NCBI GenBank assembly: GCA_041752695.1
Contig: JBGSVZ010000035.1
Location: 96,001-160,000, forward strand
DNA length: 64,000 nucleotides
Reading direction: 5' to 3'
Source of the DNA: Terrimicrobiaceae bacterium
GTDB taxonomy: Bacteria > Verrucomicrobiota > Verrucomicrobiia > Chthoniobacterales > Terrimicrobiaceae
Positions 29,164 to 39,294 of the stretch are shown here, piece by piece. The first letter of the stretch is position 1, and each line of letters starts with the position of its first letter. The position numbers were made by a program, and so were the translations under genes. The notes beneath the pieces were generated by a model. It searched no databases. It was not told the origin of the DNA and saw only the letters and a list, made by a program, of their open reading frames with translations.

Positions 29164-29724
29164 ATGCTCCGAATGAAAATTTATTATATGCAAGAAAACG
29201 AACACTCCCACAAAGACCAATCCCGCGAACCCGTGGCGGATCTGATATTTTATGAGATTTCACGGGAAGAAATTGAGGCAGGCAACACATCCCGGTTTCT
29301 GCGGGATTTTCGGCCACCCGACAACGTTTCTCCGGCTGACCTCAAAGCATTGATGGGAAAAATTCTCTTCAACATCAGCGGTTATGACAACGACGAGTCT
29401 GAAGTCTATACCGTTCCCGCAGTCAGGGCATTTTTTCAAGCCTTACATCATGAGTGGCCATGCTGGCTTTTCTTTTGTGATCTTGAGTCGCCGGGTTTCG
29501 CGGCGATCGGATACTGCATTCTTCCCACCTTGAGGGTTAGGAAAGTTTCTGGTGCGCCAACTGTGGCAGTGTTCGTTGATCGCGGAGAGCTGAGCGTATT
29601 TCTTAAAGAATGCATCGATCTGCTTGAGCATCTTTCAGAGTTGGCAGAATTGTCTGAAGTGGAGGTCGAACAACGCACCGAGAAGATGATCGAGTATATA
29701 AATCGTTGGTTTTCGCGGCATTGA
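29164..29724 (+). CDS. CRR6/DUF1817-like domain protein
   Basis: ISREEIEAG, ISGYDNDESEVYTVPAVRAFFQAL...WPCWLFF matches the remembered family pattern. Start uncertain. Confidence 0.7.
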   Translation: MLRMKIYYMQENEHSHKDQSREPVADLIFYEISREEIEAGNTSRFLRDFRPPDNVSPADLKALMGKILFNISGYDNDESEVYTVPAVRAFFQALHHEWPCWLFFCDLESPGFAAIGYCILPTLRVRKVSGAPTVAVFVDRGELSVFLKECIDLLEHLSELAELSEVEVEQRTEKMIEYINRWFSRH

Positions 29725-30069
29725 AAGATTCTCACATTTTTGTCTGCATGTATTTGAGATTGCTCAATACCCAAGTTTCGAAACCGCAAAGCGAGTGTCC
29801 GCAGAATGAAGCTTAATAGTTTTAGAATGTTTTTGTTGAAAAGTTTGCTGACATCTTAAGTTTTTCCGTCAGGTTCGTGTCATTTCGGCGCAGAAAACCG
29901 AATTTTTCACATTGAGGGCAAGTTTTGCTACCATTTTTCAAATACAACTTACGCGAATTCAGCCGAACTCGCATAATGTTGAAGTGAAATATTATTTTTA
30001 TACATATGTGGGAACCGTTTCAACGATTTCCGGGAACATCGCTAACGCTAGCAGGGACGGAGGCGACAA

Positions 30070-30636
30070 ATGTCAGTAAACACCCACATTGAACTGCCCG
30101 GGCACGTGTGTATTCGCGACGTGGCCAACGCGATCGGAATTTTGGCTGGTCTGCCGATAATCGAGGTCGCGCGCAACCATAATAAATTTCGACTAGTGAA
30201 AGGTGTTTATTTTTCCGGGTTCGTGAGCGCGGCTCCGCAATGTGTTTTCATTGACTTGCTTGAAGAGCTCGTTGATGGTTCCACTTGTCATCGAGCCGTA
30301 TACGGCTTTGAATCGTATGAAGACTCAGACTATCAACGGGCCCTTACTGCCGCATCGTCTCCATTTTGGCTCGCTATCGGCTTCCGGCTCATTGAATTTT
30401 TTGGAGGCCGCCTGATTTGCCAGGACTGTGGCGGGGCCCCGGTTTTTGAGGTATACGGTCCACCCTGCAGTCCGGAAAAGATTTATGATCTTCAGCCACT
30501 TCGGCCGCGAGATCTCGCCGAAATGGCTTCCTTTTCAGCTTATCCCAATGAAGAGCTTGAGCGGCACTCTAGCGAAGAACGCGTGGCCTACATGAAGCTT
30601 CTCAATATCCTCCCGAATCCCAACTACCCGCCATAA
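30070..30636 (+). CDS. Hypothetical protein
   Basis: 188-aa ORF with GGAGG RBS, after an AT-rich gap. Confidence 0.65.
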   Translation: MSVNTHIELPGHVCIRDVANAIGILAGLPIIEVARNHNKFRLVKGVYFSGFVSAAPQCVFIDLLEELVDGSTCHRAVYGFESYEDSDYQRALTAASSPFWLAIGFRLIEFFGGRLICQDCGGAPVFEVYGPPCSPEKIYDLQPLRPRDLAEMASFSAYPNEELERHSSEERVAYMKLLNILPNPNYPP

Positions 30637-31019
30637 CCAAGAAACAGGGAGCCGCTTATTTCGACCTTCGCCGCGGAGGAGATCGCCTGCTTTGTCGGAA
30701 ACGACGTTCCCACTGTAGCGCAGGCGAATGGCGGCGGTCCCAGAACTACTGGGAGGCATTTCGCTTACACGGGCTGCGGCAGGATCAACCGCGCGATCAC
30801 TGAGTTCCGTCCTTTTTCCGGGTTAACTGAAATGCGGTGACGAGAACCATTAGTTCCATCGACAGGTAATCAAAATCGTCTTCATCCTCAGTCGCTACGG
30901 TTTCGTGTCCGGGGTGGCACACACCACCATTCCACCGCCTTTCTCGATGCGATTGGCGAAACCATCGAACGAGTCGGGAAACGTCTGGGACACACCGCAG
31001 AAGCCGACAGCCCTGTGAA

Positions 31020-31300
31020 ATGGTTATTGCCATCCTCACTGATGGGTTGGAAAATTCAGCAACCCGAAACTTTTGGAAGCAGGTTGCCGCTAAGATCCGC
31101 AATCTGACCGGAAAATGCGGATGGGACCTCGTGTTCCCTGGCACCAACCAAGAAGCCATCGCGAATGCCGCCAACCTAAGCATCGCCGCCAATAACCCCT
31201 CCGGGTTTGTTTCGGATCAGAGGGAGCTTCGCGCAACCCTCAATGCGATGTCGCTCAAATCCATTGGGTTTCGGGCCAAGACCCGCATTTCCGACGTGGT
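31020..31300 (+). pseudogene. C-terminal fragment of a vWA-domain protein
   Basis: VIAILTDGLENS, GWDLVFPGTNQEAI; the N-terminal DxSxS MIDAS motif is missing. End approximate. Confidence 0.65.
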
Positions 31301-31498
31301 TGCTGCGATGCAGCCAGATGTGGCATTGCTATTTCGGGAGCGCGGGGTGATCACTTTCTTGCTGAACCTTAAGGCTTTTCTTCATTCGAATCGTGCTGTC
31401 CAAAAGCAGCCCATCTCTCAACTCGTTCATTTCAAACGATTTGAAACTTTTGCCAAAATCTATCTTACGGTGATTCTCAACTTTGAGACGCTGGTATC

Positions 31499-31915
31499 AT
31501 GCCAGCGGGTCCGCACATAGACGATTTCCGGCTCTTTCCAGAAGAGACATTCTCTTTGTCGGAAAACTCGCATGCATTGCCAGACGGCAAGGGTTTCAGT
31601 CGTCTGGCACCCCTTATTCAGGCAGCTATCAACGAAGAACTGAAGACACTTCAATGCCTCATCGCCGCCGCGAAACTGAGTTTTGAACGCCAATTGATTG
31701 AAACAAGCCTCCTCACTCGGGAGCAGACGGCGAAACTCCTGAATTTGAGTGTATCACAAGTCGATAAGCTCGCCCGCAGAGGTGAAATCCCCACGACCTA
31801 CATCGACAGTCGACCACGTTTTCCACTCGGTCCGATACAAGAGTTCGTTCGCTCACGAACGACTCGGAAGCTCCCTCTGAATCTCAGCAAAAACTCCAAA
31901 ACTAAAAAAGCATGA
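31499..31915 (+). CDS. Excisionase-like helix-turn-helix protein
   Basis: LLTREQTAKLLNLSVSQVDKLARRGEIP..RPRF; directly upstream of integrase. Confidence 0.82.
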   Translation: MPAGPHIDDFRLFPEETFSLSENSHALPDGKGFSRLAPLIQAAINEELKTLQCLIAAAKLSFERQLIETSLLTREQTAKLLNLSVSQVDKLARRGEIPTTYIDSRPRFPLGPIQEFVRSRTTRKLPLNLSKNSKTKKA

Positions 31916-31961
31916 GCCAAAATTCATGCCAGAAAAAGTTGAACCATGGGGGGAGTAAATC

Positions 31962-33239
31962 GTGAATCAAGCTTCCATTGTTCCGCGTTACTCTCATCGC
32001 GGCGTAATCATCTCCATTTATCGGACAGGGGGCCGCTTTTCCGCACAATTCGTCCTAAATGGTTCAGACCGCCAGCGAATCGAGAGGGCCAATGAATTTC
32101 AAGCGGTCGAGGCTGCAAAGCGAAAAATCGACGACTCCCTTCATGCTGATCAAACAGAAAGTCCCGGCCCCTCGATCGAAGAAATGCTCGGCCGGTGGAA
32201 TCTGACACCCATTCAAGCGGCTTGTTTGATCGATGCCACAATGTCCAAGCTGAAGCCGTTGAAAAGCGATATCACCGGAGCCGTCCAGTTTTACATTGAG
32301 CAACATGTCAGCGAAAACATCACTGTTCGCGACGCCGTGGACAAGCTTCTGCTTTCGAAGCAGCGGGACACGGGTAAGCACAACGCACGCGATCTCAAAT
32401 CACGCCTCGAAAACGGCTTCGCGAAGGATTTCGGGGACCGCTTCCTGTGTGATGTCTCCCGGGCGGAAATCGCCCGTTGGATCGACAATCGTCCGGTCTC
32501 GAAGCGAACGCGCCGCAATTTCCATACCTGTATCGTCACTCTTTTTCGGTGGGCGCAAAACCAAGGTTACCTGCCGGAAAACCAAACTACAGTTGCAGAA
32601 AGGGTGCTCAAACCCCGCGCCGAACCCATAAAGAAAGAAATCCTCACGCCAGACGAGCTTCGCGGCTACATACGAGCAGCGCTTGATCTGGGTGGTTGCG
32701 CTTTGGTGCCCCTGGTCATGCAGGCGTTTTCCGGCGTCCGGTCGGAGGAGCTCTGCCAGCGAGATCCTGCAAAAGACCGTATGCGATGGGCCGATCTCAA
32801 GACCGACGAGGAGGAGCCCGAGGCACACGTGCGAGAAAATGTCTCCAAGACTGTTGAGCGATTCGTCTATCTCCCTCACACTCTTATATCTTGGCTGCGC
32901 CTTTTTCCTCCTGCCAATCGCCAAGACCCTCTAACCTCAACCAGCGAAATCTGGAAAATTTATTCCCCTCTTGTCAAAAAGTCGGGGATTCGATGGAAAA
33001 AGAATGCCCTCCGAAAATCGTACAACACCTACCATTCCGCACTTTCCGATTCGCTGGCAGAGACCGCTCTCGAGGCCGGCAATAGTGAAGGCATCATCCG
33101 AAAAAACTACCAAAAGCCGATCGCGAGGGCGCGGAAAACCGCCAGAGAATGGTTCGCCATCGGCCCCTGGGAATTTGAAAAGGAAGTTGCTGCGTTTGTT
33201 AATCGCCGGAAGCTCCTTTCGCAGTCCGTCGGCAGGTAG
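31962..33239 (+). CDS. Tyrosine recombinase/integrase
   Basis: Core-binding region (TRRNFHTCIVTLFRWA), GVRSEEL, SKT, NALRKSY, GNS..IRKNY; adjacent to tRNA. Confidence 0.9.
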   Translation: MNQASIVPRYSHRGVIISIYRTGGRFSAQFVLNGSDRQRIERANEFQAVEAAKRKIDDSLHADQTESPGPSIEEMLGRWNLTPIQAACLIDATMSKLKPLKSDITGAVQFYIEQHVSENITVRDAVDKLLLSKQRDTGKHNARDLKSRLENGFAKDFGDRFLCDVSRAEIARWIDNRPVSKRTRRNFHTCIVTLFRWAQNQGYLPENQTTVAERVLKPRAEPIKKEILTPDELRGYIRAALDLGGCALVPLVMQAFSGVRSEELCQRDPAKDRMRWADLKTDEEEPEAHVRENVSKTVERFVYLPHTLISWLRLFPPANRQDPLTSTSEIWKIYSPLVKKSGIRWKKNALRKSYNTYHSALSDSLAETALEAGNSEGIIRKNYQKPIARARKTAREWFAIGPWEFEKEVAAFVNRRKLLSQSVGR

Positions 33240-33304
33240 TCCTGAAGCAAGTTTTTCCCAAAAATCCGGCTCAAATGTGGGGGCCGGAAAGCCCAAAAAA
33301 GCCA

Positions 33305-33336
33305 GGTGGAGGGTATCGTACCCTCCGCCATTTTTC
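33305..33336 (+). terminator. Hairpin with T-tract downstream of integrase
   Basis: GGTGGAGGGTA-TCG-TACCCTCCGCC followed by ATTTTT. Confidence 0.55.
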
Positions 33337-33386
33337 AGATTTTTTTCAGATCTGTCAGATGACTTCGTAAATCGTTGATTATCAAC

Positions 33387-33468
33387 TACCGGCGGAGGGG
33401 ATCGAACCCACACATCTTTCGATACGCGATTTTGAGTCGCGCGCGTCTGCCAATTCCGCCACGCCGGC
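33387..33468 (-). tRNA. tRNA-Leu (CAA)
   Basis: Acceptor GCCGGCG/CGCCGGT-A, D-loop GGAATTGGCAGAC, anticodon arm CGCGA-CTCAAAA-TCGCG, long variable arm, GGTTCGATCCC. CCA not encoded. Confidence 0.97.
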
Positions 33469-33531
33469 TTGTGGAGAGGCCTCAATCTTGCAGCATTTTC
33501 GCCGGGGAAAAGCCAAAAACGCGGAGAATTT

Positions 33532-34014
33532 TCAAGGCCGCAAACTTTTGGGCTGCCCAAGAATCTCCGAGAGCATCACGGCTTTTTTCAGACCGTCCGG
33601 GGATGAGAGCAGTTCCCGGAGCGGGCTCAACTTGCGCTTGGGAGGGGTCGGCGTGGCGAATCGATGCTGGCGGACGGGCGGGACGACGACCGCCGGTCGG
33701 GCGGCGATCACGGGAGGTTCGACAAAGCGGGGCAACTCTGGGATGGGCGGGGGCGCGACCTCACCTCTTGGAATCACCGGCGGCGCTTCTTCCTGAGGGA
33801 GGCCAAGGGCCTCCATGAGACGGCGCATCGAATCATCAGGGTCGGCCGGCTGAGCCTCGGCGGGGACCGGCTCATTCGTTCTTTGCAAGGTCTCGCCGCC
33901 GTCGAACGACTGACGCTCCAGCTTGCGTTTTTCCCGCAGTTCCGCGGATTTTTTAATGACCCAATTGATGAAACTGATCAGCGCGATGATCAGGATGAGG
34001 ATGAGTTGTTCCAT
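33532..34014 (-). CDS. Membrane-anchored Pro-rich protein, third gene of nfeD-floA operon (YqfB-like position)
   Basis: N-terminal TM; C-terminal LKKAVMLSEILGQP. Confidence 0.75.
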   Translation of the reverse strand: MEQLILILIIALISFINWVIKKSAELREKRKLERQSFDGGETLQRTNEPVPAEAQPADPDDSMRRLMEALGLPQEEAPPVIPRGEVAPPPIPELPRFVEPPVIAARPAVVVPPVRQHRFATPTPPKRKLSPLRELLSSPDGLKKAVMLSEILGQPKSLRP

Positions 34015-34068
34015 CAGATTGTCATTGGTCTGCGGTCATTGGCCATTGGCCCAAGGGGGCGGATGATG

Positions 34069-35088
34069 TCAGCCCTGCGTGGCCTTTTCCGAACCTGCGA
34101 TGGATTCGCGCATCGAGGTATCGGACTGGACGTTTTTCATTTTCACGTAGTCCATGATGCCGAGATTGCCACTGCGGAAGGCTTCGGCCATGGCTTGTGG
34201 GACCTGGGCTTCGGCTTCCACGACCTTGGCGCGCATTTCCTGCGTGCGGGCCTTCATTTCCTGTTCGCTGGCGACGGCCGCGGCGCGGCGCATTTCGGCT
34301 TTGGCCTGGGCGACGACCTTGTCCGCTTCGGCCTGTTCGGCCTGGAGTTTCGCACCGATATTTTCCCCAATGTCCACGTCGGCGATATCCACGGAGAGAA
34401 TCTCGAACGAGGTGCCGCTATCGAGGCCCTTTTGCAGAACCGTCTTGGAAATGCGGTCCGGGTTTTCCAGCACATCCTTGTAAGAAACCGCAGAGCCGAT
34501 GGAGGTCACGATGCCTTCGCCGACCCGGGCGATGATGGTTTCTTCGGTGGCACCGCCGACAAAACGGTCCAGGTTGGAACGCACGGTCACCCGGGCACGA
34601 ACTTTGACCCCGATGCCATCGCGGGCCACGGCGTCGATGGTGACACGGCCGCCGGTTTGCTGGGGATTGGGACAATCGATGACCTTCGGATTGATGCTGG
34701 TGCGAACGGCTTCCAGCACCGTCTTGCTCGTGCCTTTGATGGCGAGATCGATGGCGCAGGCGCGATTGTAATCGAGGGCGATCCCGGCCTTGTCGGCCGC
34801 GATCAGGGCGAGGACGACATGACTCACATTGCCGCCGGAGAGGTAATGGGCTTCAAGGGCGTCGGTGTCGAGGTTGAGACCGGCTTTGAGCGCCGTGATG
34901 CGGCTGTCCACAATGAGACCGACCGGGACGCGGCGCAGCCGCATGCCGATGAGACGGGAGAAGCCGACCGGGGCGTTGGCGAGTTTGGCGCGGAGCCAGA
35001 CGCCGAAGAAGTTGGCGAGAACAACGAAGAAGACGAGGCCGACAACGGCGATGACTCCGAGCAAACCGAAAGCGATAAGATTTCCCAT
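34069..35088 (-). CDS. floA: Flotillin-like protein FloA (YqfA)
   Basis: [49 protein letters not shown]. Confidence 0.95.
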   Translation of the reverse strand: MGNLIAFGLLGVIAVVGLVFFVVLANFFGVWLRAKLANAPVGFSRLIGMRLRRVPVGLIVDSRITALKAGLNLDTDALEAHYLSGGNVSHVVLALIAADKAGIALDYNRACAIDLAIKGTSKTVLEAVRTSINPKVIDCPNPQQTGGRVTIDAVARDGIGVKVRARVTVRSNLDRFVGGATEETIIARVGEGIVTSIGSAVSYKDVLENPDRISKTVLQKGLDSGTSFEILSVDIADVDIGENIGAKLQAEQAEADKVVAQAKAEMRRAAAVASEQEMKARTQEMRAKVVEAEAQVPQAMAEAFRSGNLGIMDYVKMKNVQSDTSMRESIAGSEKATQG

Positions 35089-35134
35089 GGTGTGTTGGAT
35101 TGGCGGCGTACCTTACGTGCCAAATGACAAGGGG

Positions 35135-35605
35135 CTACTCCTTTTTTCGCACAAAAACACGCCGGCCTTCTTCGCGCACGACGAGAACGGAGGAGCCTGC
35201 GTCAATAAAATCGTTCTCGGAGGAAACATCCACCTTACCTCCTTGAAAGACCGCCGTGCCCGAAGGCCGGAGCGGGGTGAGCGCATGGCCCTCCTGTCCC
35301 AGTAAGCTCACCGCGGTGGCTGATTCGCCGGAGGGCAGGGTTTTCGGAAGCATAATGCGACGCCCGACCGCGGTATGGGGAAAGACCTGCATCCAACCGA
35401 CAAAACCCACCAGTGTCAGGGCCGCCACTCCGGCGAGCGTCAGCGTCCCGGTGAGGAGGCCAAAATTTCCGTACGATACCCCCACCGCACCGAGCAGACA
35501 CGCCGCGCCCAGCAGTCCCAACACAAGCCCGGGAACAAATGCCTCCGCCGCGAGGAGGAGAAATCCGATCAGGGTGAGGATGAGAATGGTTTCGAAGGCT
35601 CCCAT
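35135..35605 (-). CDS. NfeD family membrane protein
   Basis: Three TM segments plus OB-fold motif TPLRPSGTA; upstream of floA. Confidence 0.9.
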   Translation of the reverse strand: MGAFETILILTLIGFLLLAAEAFVPGLVLGLLGAACLLGAVGVSYGNFGLLTGTLTLAGVAALTLVGFVGWMQVFPHTAVGRRIMLPKTLPSGESATAVSLLGQEGHALTPLRPSGTAVFQGGKVDVSSENDFIDAGSSVLVVREEGRRVFVRKKE

Positions 35606-35611
35606 GGCCGT

Positions 35612-36340
35612 TCAATCCTCGCCCCCCGGCCCGATCGTGCGCTCTCCGGTGAGCACTTCCTGCACCGTGCCGACACCACGCAGGGTGGCGTCTTTCACCT
35701 TGATCGCGGTCCGTTCCGCCACACCTCCGACCGTTCCGATCACTCCGCCAATCTTTTGTTGAACCACCGAGTCCTCGTCCTCGGGCTCCTCATCCTGCCG
35801 GACAGCATCGGAAAAACTTAAAGGGGCGAGGATCGAGCCGTCCTCGGCGGAGATTTGCAATACGCCGACCTGGGCGCCCATATTGTCCGACAGACGCAAG
35901 ATCCACATCGGGGCGCCGGTGTCGGCATTGGCCCGCAGCGTGTAATCGACCCAGTTAAATCCGAGACGAGCCCGCGCGGCCTGTTTGTTCGCGATTTCAA
36001 AAGCGCGGTCGGAATCAATTTTCAACCGAGTCAGCGAAACGGGAGGCGTGGTACTGATGCCCGGGAAGCCGCGCAAGGGGGTGCGTTCGGAAATCACCAC
36101 GTCACCAGAAGCGAGGATCTCGCGCACTCCGCCGCGCGCGGCCGGGTCTTTATAAACCAGGGTCCATTCCTGCGGCCGGGGTTCGCCGCGCTCGCCCGTC
36201 ATCTCCACCAGGGCGGCGGGAGATTGGACCAATTTCTGGGCGGCATTGATCGCCATATGCGCAGGCCCGCCGTCCGCCCGGAGAAATGGGGCGGCCGCCA
36301 GCAGAGCGAGAGTGACGAAGGTGGATCTCATCGGGGGCAA
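35612..36340 (-). CDS. Secreted hypothetical protein (PepSY-like features)
   Basis: Signal peptide; KIDSDRAFEIA, PMWILRL..ISAEDG. Confidence 0.7.
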   Translation of the reverse strand: MPPMRSTFVTLALLAAAPFLRADGGPAHMAINAAQKLVQSPAALVEMTGERGEPRPQEWTLVYKDPAARGGVREILASGDVVISERTPLRGFPGISTTPPVSLTRLKIDSDRAFEIANKQAARARLGFNWVDYTLRANADTGAPMWILRLSDNMGAQVGVLQISAEDGSILAPLSFSDAVRQDEEPEDEDSVVQQKIGGVIGTVGGVAERTAIKVKDATLRGVGTVQEVLTGERTIGPGGED

Positions 36341-36417
36341 TGATCACGCACGCCGGGGGAATTTTCCACGGAAAAATCCCGCTGGCCTCATGGGCGTGGA
36401 AATGCGAAAAGAAATCC

Positions 36418-37698
36418 ATGCCCGCGGAAGTCGAATCGCTACGCAAATCACTCGGGATCTACAAGGGTCTGGTCGAGGTCAGCGGGCTGATCAATTCCAT
36501 CACGGACTACAACGAACTCCTGCGGGCCATTCTCGATGTCGCGCGGAGGGTGATCCTGGCCGAGGCCGCGTCGTTGTTTTTTGTCAATGAGACCACCGGT
36601 CAGCTCGATCTCACAATCACCTCGTTCTGCGAGGGAGAGTTCGCCGAACCGCAAATCTCCGTCCCGCGTGGCCGGGGCATCGCGGGTTGGGTGGCGGAGC
36701 GCGGCGAGAGCCTGCTCATTCCCGACGCCTACGCGGACGACCGTTTTTACAAGGAGGCGGACAAACAAACCGGCTTCCGCACGCGATCGATCCTCTGCGC
36801 CCCCCTGAAACACAATGGCTCGGTGATCGGTGTCCTCCAGATTCTGAATCCGCGCGAGAAACCCGCTTTTGAGGAGGAGGATCTCGACGGTTTCACCGCC
36901 TACGCCAACCTGACCGCCACCGCCATTGAAAAACTGCGATCCCTGGAGCGCACCCGCGCGCAGGAGCGGGTCGATCGCGACCTCGCCATTGCCTCCGACA
37001 TTCAGAAAGAACTTCTCTCCCGGGCCCTACCGGCGGAAATCCAGGGAGCCCGGTTCGCCGCACACAACGAAGCCGCCTCGAATGTGGGCGGGGATTTTTA
37101 CAACGTCTTTGTCAAGAGCCCCTACGAAATCTATTTCGCCATTGGGGACGTCTCCGGCAAGGGCATTGCCGCGTCGCTCCTGATGGCGCAAACCCTGAGT
37201 GCGATGCAATTTGTTTTCGCCGCCACCACCAGCCCGGCCGATGCGCTGGCCAAGTTGAATTCCACGCTCAATGAGCGGATTGTGAGAGGTATGTTCGTCA
37301 CCACCCTCGTTGGCCGCCTCACTCCGGGCTCGGGACGCGTGGAAATCGCCAGCGCCGGCCATTGCAAACCCGTCGTACTGCGGACGGACGGCACCGCGCA
37401 GGAAATCGAGACGGAGGGAGCGCTCCCCCTCGGCATCCTGCCCAAGGTCAGCTATCGTCAGGGCAAGACCGACATGGCCCCGGGAGACTGGCTGGTTTGC
37501 TACACGGACGGTCTTTCCGAATCGCGCAGTCCGGGCACCGAATCATTTTTTGAGGAAAAAATTCTCCCCACCCTGGCCGGGGTGCAGACCGAATCTCCAC
37601 AGACGCTGATCGACCGGCTCGTCACGGCCGAGAAAACGCACCGCGCGAATGGCCGTCAGCTCGACGACCTGACCATCCTGGTGGGAGGGCTCCTGTGA
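36418..37698 (+). CDS. GAF + PP2C/SpoIIE phosphatase (RsbU-like)
   Basis: GIAGWVA, DKQTGFRTRSILCAP, VGGDFY, IGDVSGKG, YTDGLSE, DDLT. Confidence 0.94.
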   Translation: MPAEVESLRKSLGIYKGLVEVSGLINSITDYNELLRAILDVARRVILAEAASLFFVNETTGQLDLTITSFCEGEFAEPQISVPRGRGIAGWVAERGESLLIPDAYADDRFYKEADKQTGFRTRSILCAPLKHNGSVIGVLQILNPREKPAFEEEDLDGFTAYANLTATAIEKLRSLERTRAQERVDRDLAIASDIQKELLSRALPAEIQGARFAAHNEAASNVGGDFYNVFVKSPYEIYFAIGDVSGKGIAASLLMAQTLSAMQFVFAATTSPADALAKLNSTLNERIVRGMFVTTLVGRLTPGSGRVEIASAGHCKPVVLRTDGTAQEIETEGALPLGILPKVSYRQGKTDMAPGDWLVCYTDGLSESRSPGTESFFEEKILPTLAGVQTESPQTLIDRLVTAEKTHRANGRQLDDLTILVGGLL

Positions 37699-38120
37699 AA
37701 CGGAAGTTCGAGTTCACCAGCGACAGCTGCCGACTGGCCGAGGTGCGCTCCGAAGCGCGGCAGTTTTTGGGGGAATGCGGCTTCGAGGAATGCGCGGCCG
37801 AACTTCTGATCCTGGCCCTCGATGAGGCTTGCACGAACATCATCCGGCACGCCTACGGCCACGAATGCCGCCCCGTGCGCCTGCAGATGGAACGCCTCCG
37901 CGACCGTGTGCGATTTGTTCTGCGCGACTACGGCCGCTCCTGCGATCCCCAAAAAATCCGCAGCCGCGCCCTGGAGGATATTCGCCCCGGCGGCGTGGGT
38001 GTGCATATCATCAAGCAAGCCTTCGACCACGTGGCCTACGAACCCCGGCCCCGCGGCACGCGACTTGTGCTGGAGAAAAAACTGGAGCCCAGTCGAAAAT
38101 CCCAGCCGGCAGGATGTTAG
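37695..38120 (+). CDS. Anti-sigma factor Ser/Thr kinase (RsbW-like HATPase)
   Basis: LALDEACTNIIRHAY, LRDYG, PGGVGVHII. Confidence 0.92.
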   Translation: MKRKFEFTSDSCRLAEVRSEARQFLGECGFEECAAELLILALDEACTNIIRHAYGHECRPVRLQMERLRDRVRFVLRDYGRSCDPQKIRSRALEDIRPGGVGVHIIKQAFDHVAYEPRPRGTRLVLEKKLEPSRKSQPAGC

Positions 38121-38184
38121 ACCGACTTCTCCCCGCCAGCCGCTCCCCCACCGGCGGAGCAGGATCTTCGCGCTTCGCGCAGCG

Positions 38185-39204
38185 ATGCCCAACCAGCGGG
38201 ACATAGCCAAAGCACTCGGCGTGAGCCAGGGGGCGGTTTCCCTGGCCCTCCGCGGAGACCCCTCGGTTTCCGCGAACCTGTCCCGGCGCGCCCGGGCCAT
38301 GGCCAAAAAGCTGCATTACCGCCCCAATCCGTACGTCAGCAGCCTGATGTCGCAAATCCGCTCGGCGCGCCAGCCCAGCGAGAAGGGAGTCATCGCGCTG
38401 GTGGTCGACCACTTCACCGAACGCGAGTGGCATGCCCACGAGTCGTACCGGGTCTATTTTCAAGGCCTCACCCAGAGGGCCGACGAACTTGGATACCGGA
38501 TGGAGGGCTTTTTCCTGCGGGAGCCCGGTCTGACGGCCCCCAGAATTGACCGCATTCTGGAGGCCCGGGGCATCCGCGGCATCGTCCTTGCACCGCCCTA
38601 TTTCGGCAATCGCCGTCTGGCCATCCGCTGGAGCCGCTACGCCTGCGTGGGGACGGGGTACGCCTGGGAGCAGCAGCAGTTCGACCGGGTGGCGCACGAC
38701 CACGACCAGAACGCTTACCTGGCCTTTCGAAACCTGGTCCGCCTCGGCTATCGCCGGATCGGCTTGATTCTTCCCCGCTTTTTCGCGGAGGGCCGCGGCA
38801 CACGCTGGCTCGATGGGTTTCTCCTCGCCCAACAAAGTCTGCCCGCCCGGGAAAGATTGCCCCTTTTCATCGGTGCCCCCGGGGAGACGGACGCCCGGAT
38901 TTTCGCCCAGTGGTTGAGACGGTGGAATCCCGATGGCCTGCTCACCCTCTACGGTCACGAGAGCCGGTGGTTGGATGAGCTGAACCTGCGTGCGCCCACC
39001 GACCTTGGCCTGGCCTGCCTGATCCGTCCCCCGGGCTCGGCCCTGGCGGGAGTTGATGACCGGTATGCGGAAATCGGCGCGGCCACGGTGGAACTGGCCG
39101 CATCCAAGATCGGATTTAACCATTTCGGCATCCCGAAAATCCCGCGCCTGTTGCTCATCGAGGGAAAATGGAAAACCGGCCGGAGCGTGCAGCGGCAAAA
39201 ATAG
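38185..39204 (+). CDS. LacI family transcriptional regulator
   Basis: QRDIAKALGVSQGAVSLALR, YRPNP, LGYRRIG. Confidence 0.93.
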   Translation: MPNQRDIAKALGVSQGAVSLALRGDPSVSANLSRRARAMAKKLHYRPNPYVSSLMSQIRSARQPSEKGVIALVVDHFTEREWHAHESYRVYFQGLTQRADELGYRMEGFFLREPGLTAPRIDRILEARGIRGIVLAPPYFGNRRLAIRWSRYACVGTGYAWEQQQFDRVAHDHDQNAYLAFRNLVRLGYRRIGLILPRFFAEGRGTRWLDGFLLAQQSLPARERLPLFIGAPGETDARIFAQWLRRWNPDGLLTLYGHESRWLDELNLRAPTDLGLACLIRPPGSALAGVDDRYAEIGAATVELAASKIGFNHFGIPKIPRLLLIEGKWKTGRSVQRQK

Positions 39205-39216
39205 ACAGCCGGAGCC

Positions 39217-39232
39217 ACTAATCGATATTAGT
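39217..39232. promoter_or_regulatory. Candidate LacI-family operator
   Basis: Palindrome ACTAAT-CGAT-ATTAGT between the regulator and the downstream operon. Confidence 0.5.
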
Positions 39233-39294
39233 AACTCGCCGTTTGCGCGGGCCGCGACCGCCAGCCTAGGCTCGCGTTGGTTTTTCCACCCGCC

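Noticed and set aside
22925..33239. Prophage
   Set aside because: No terminase, capsid, tail or lysis genes recognised.
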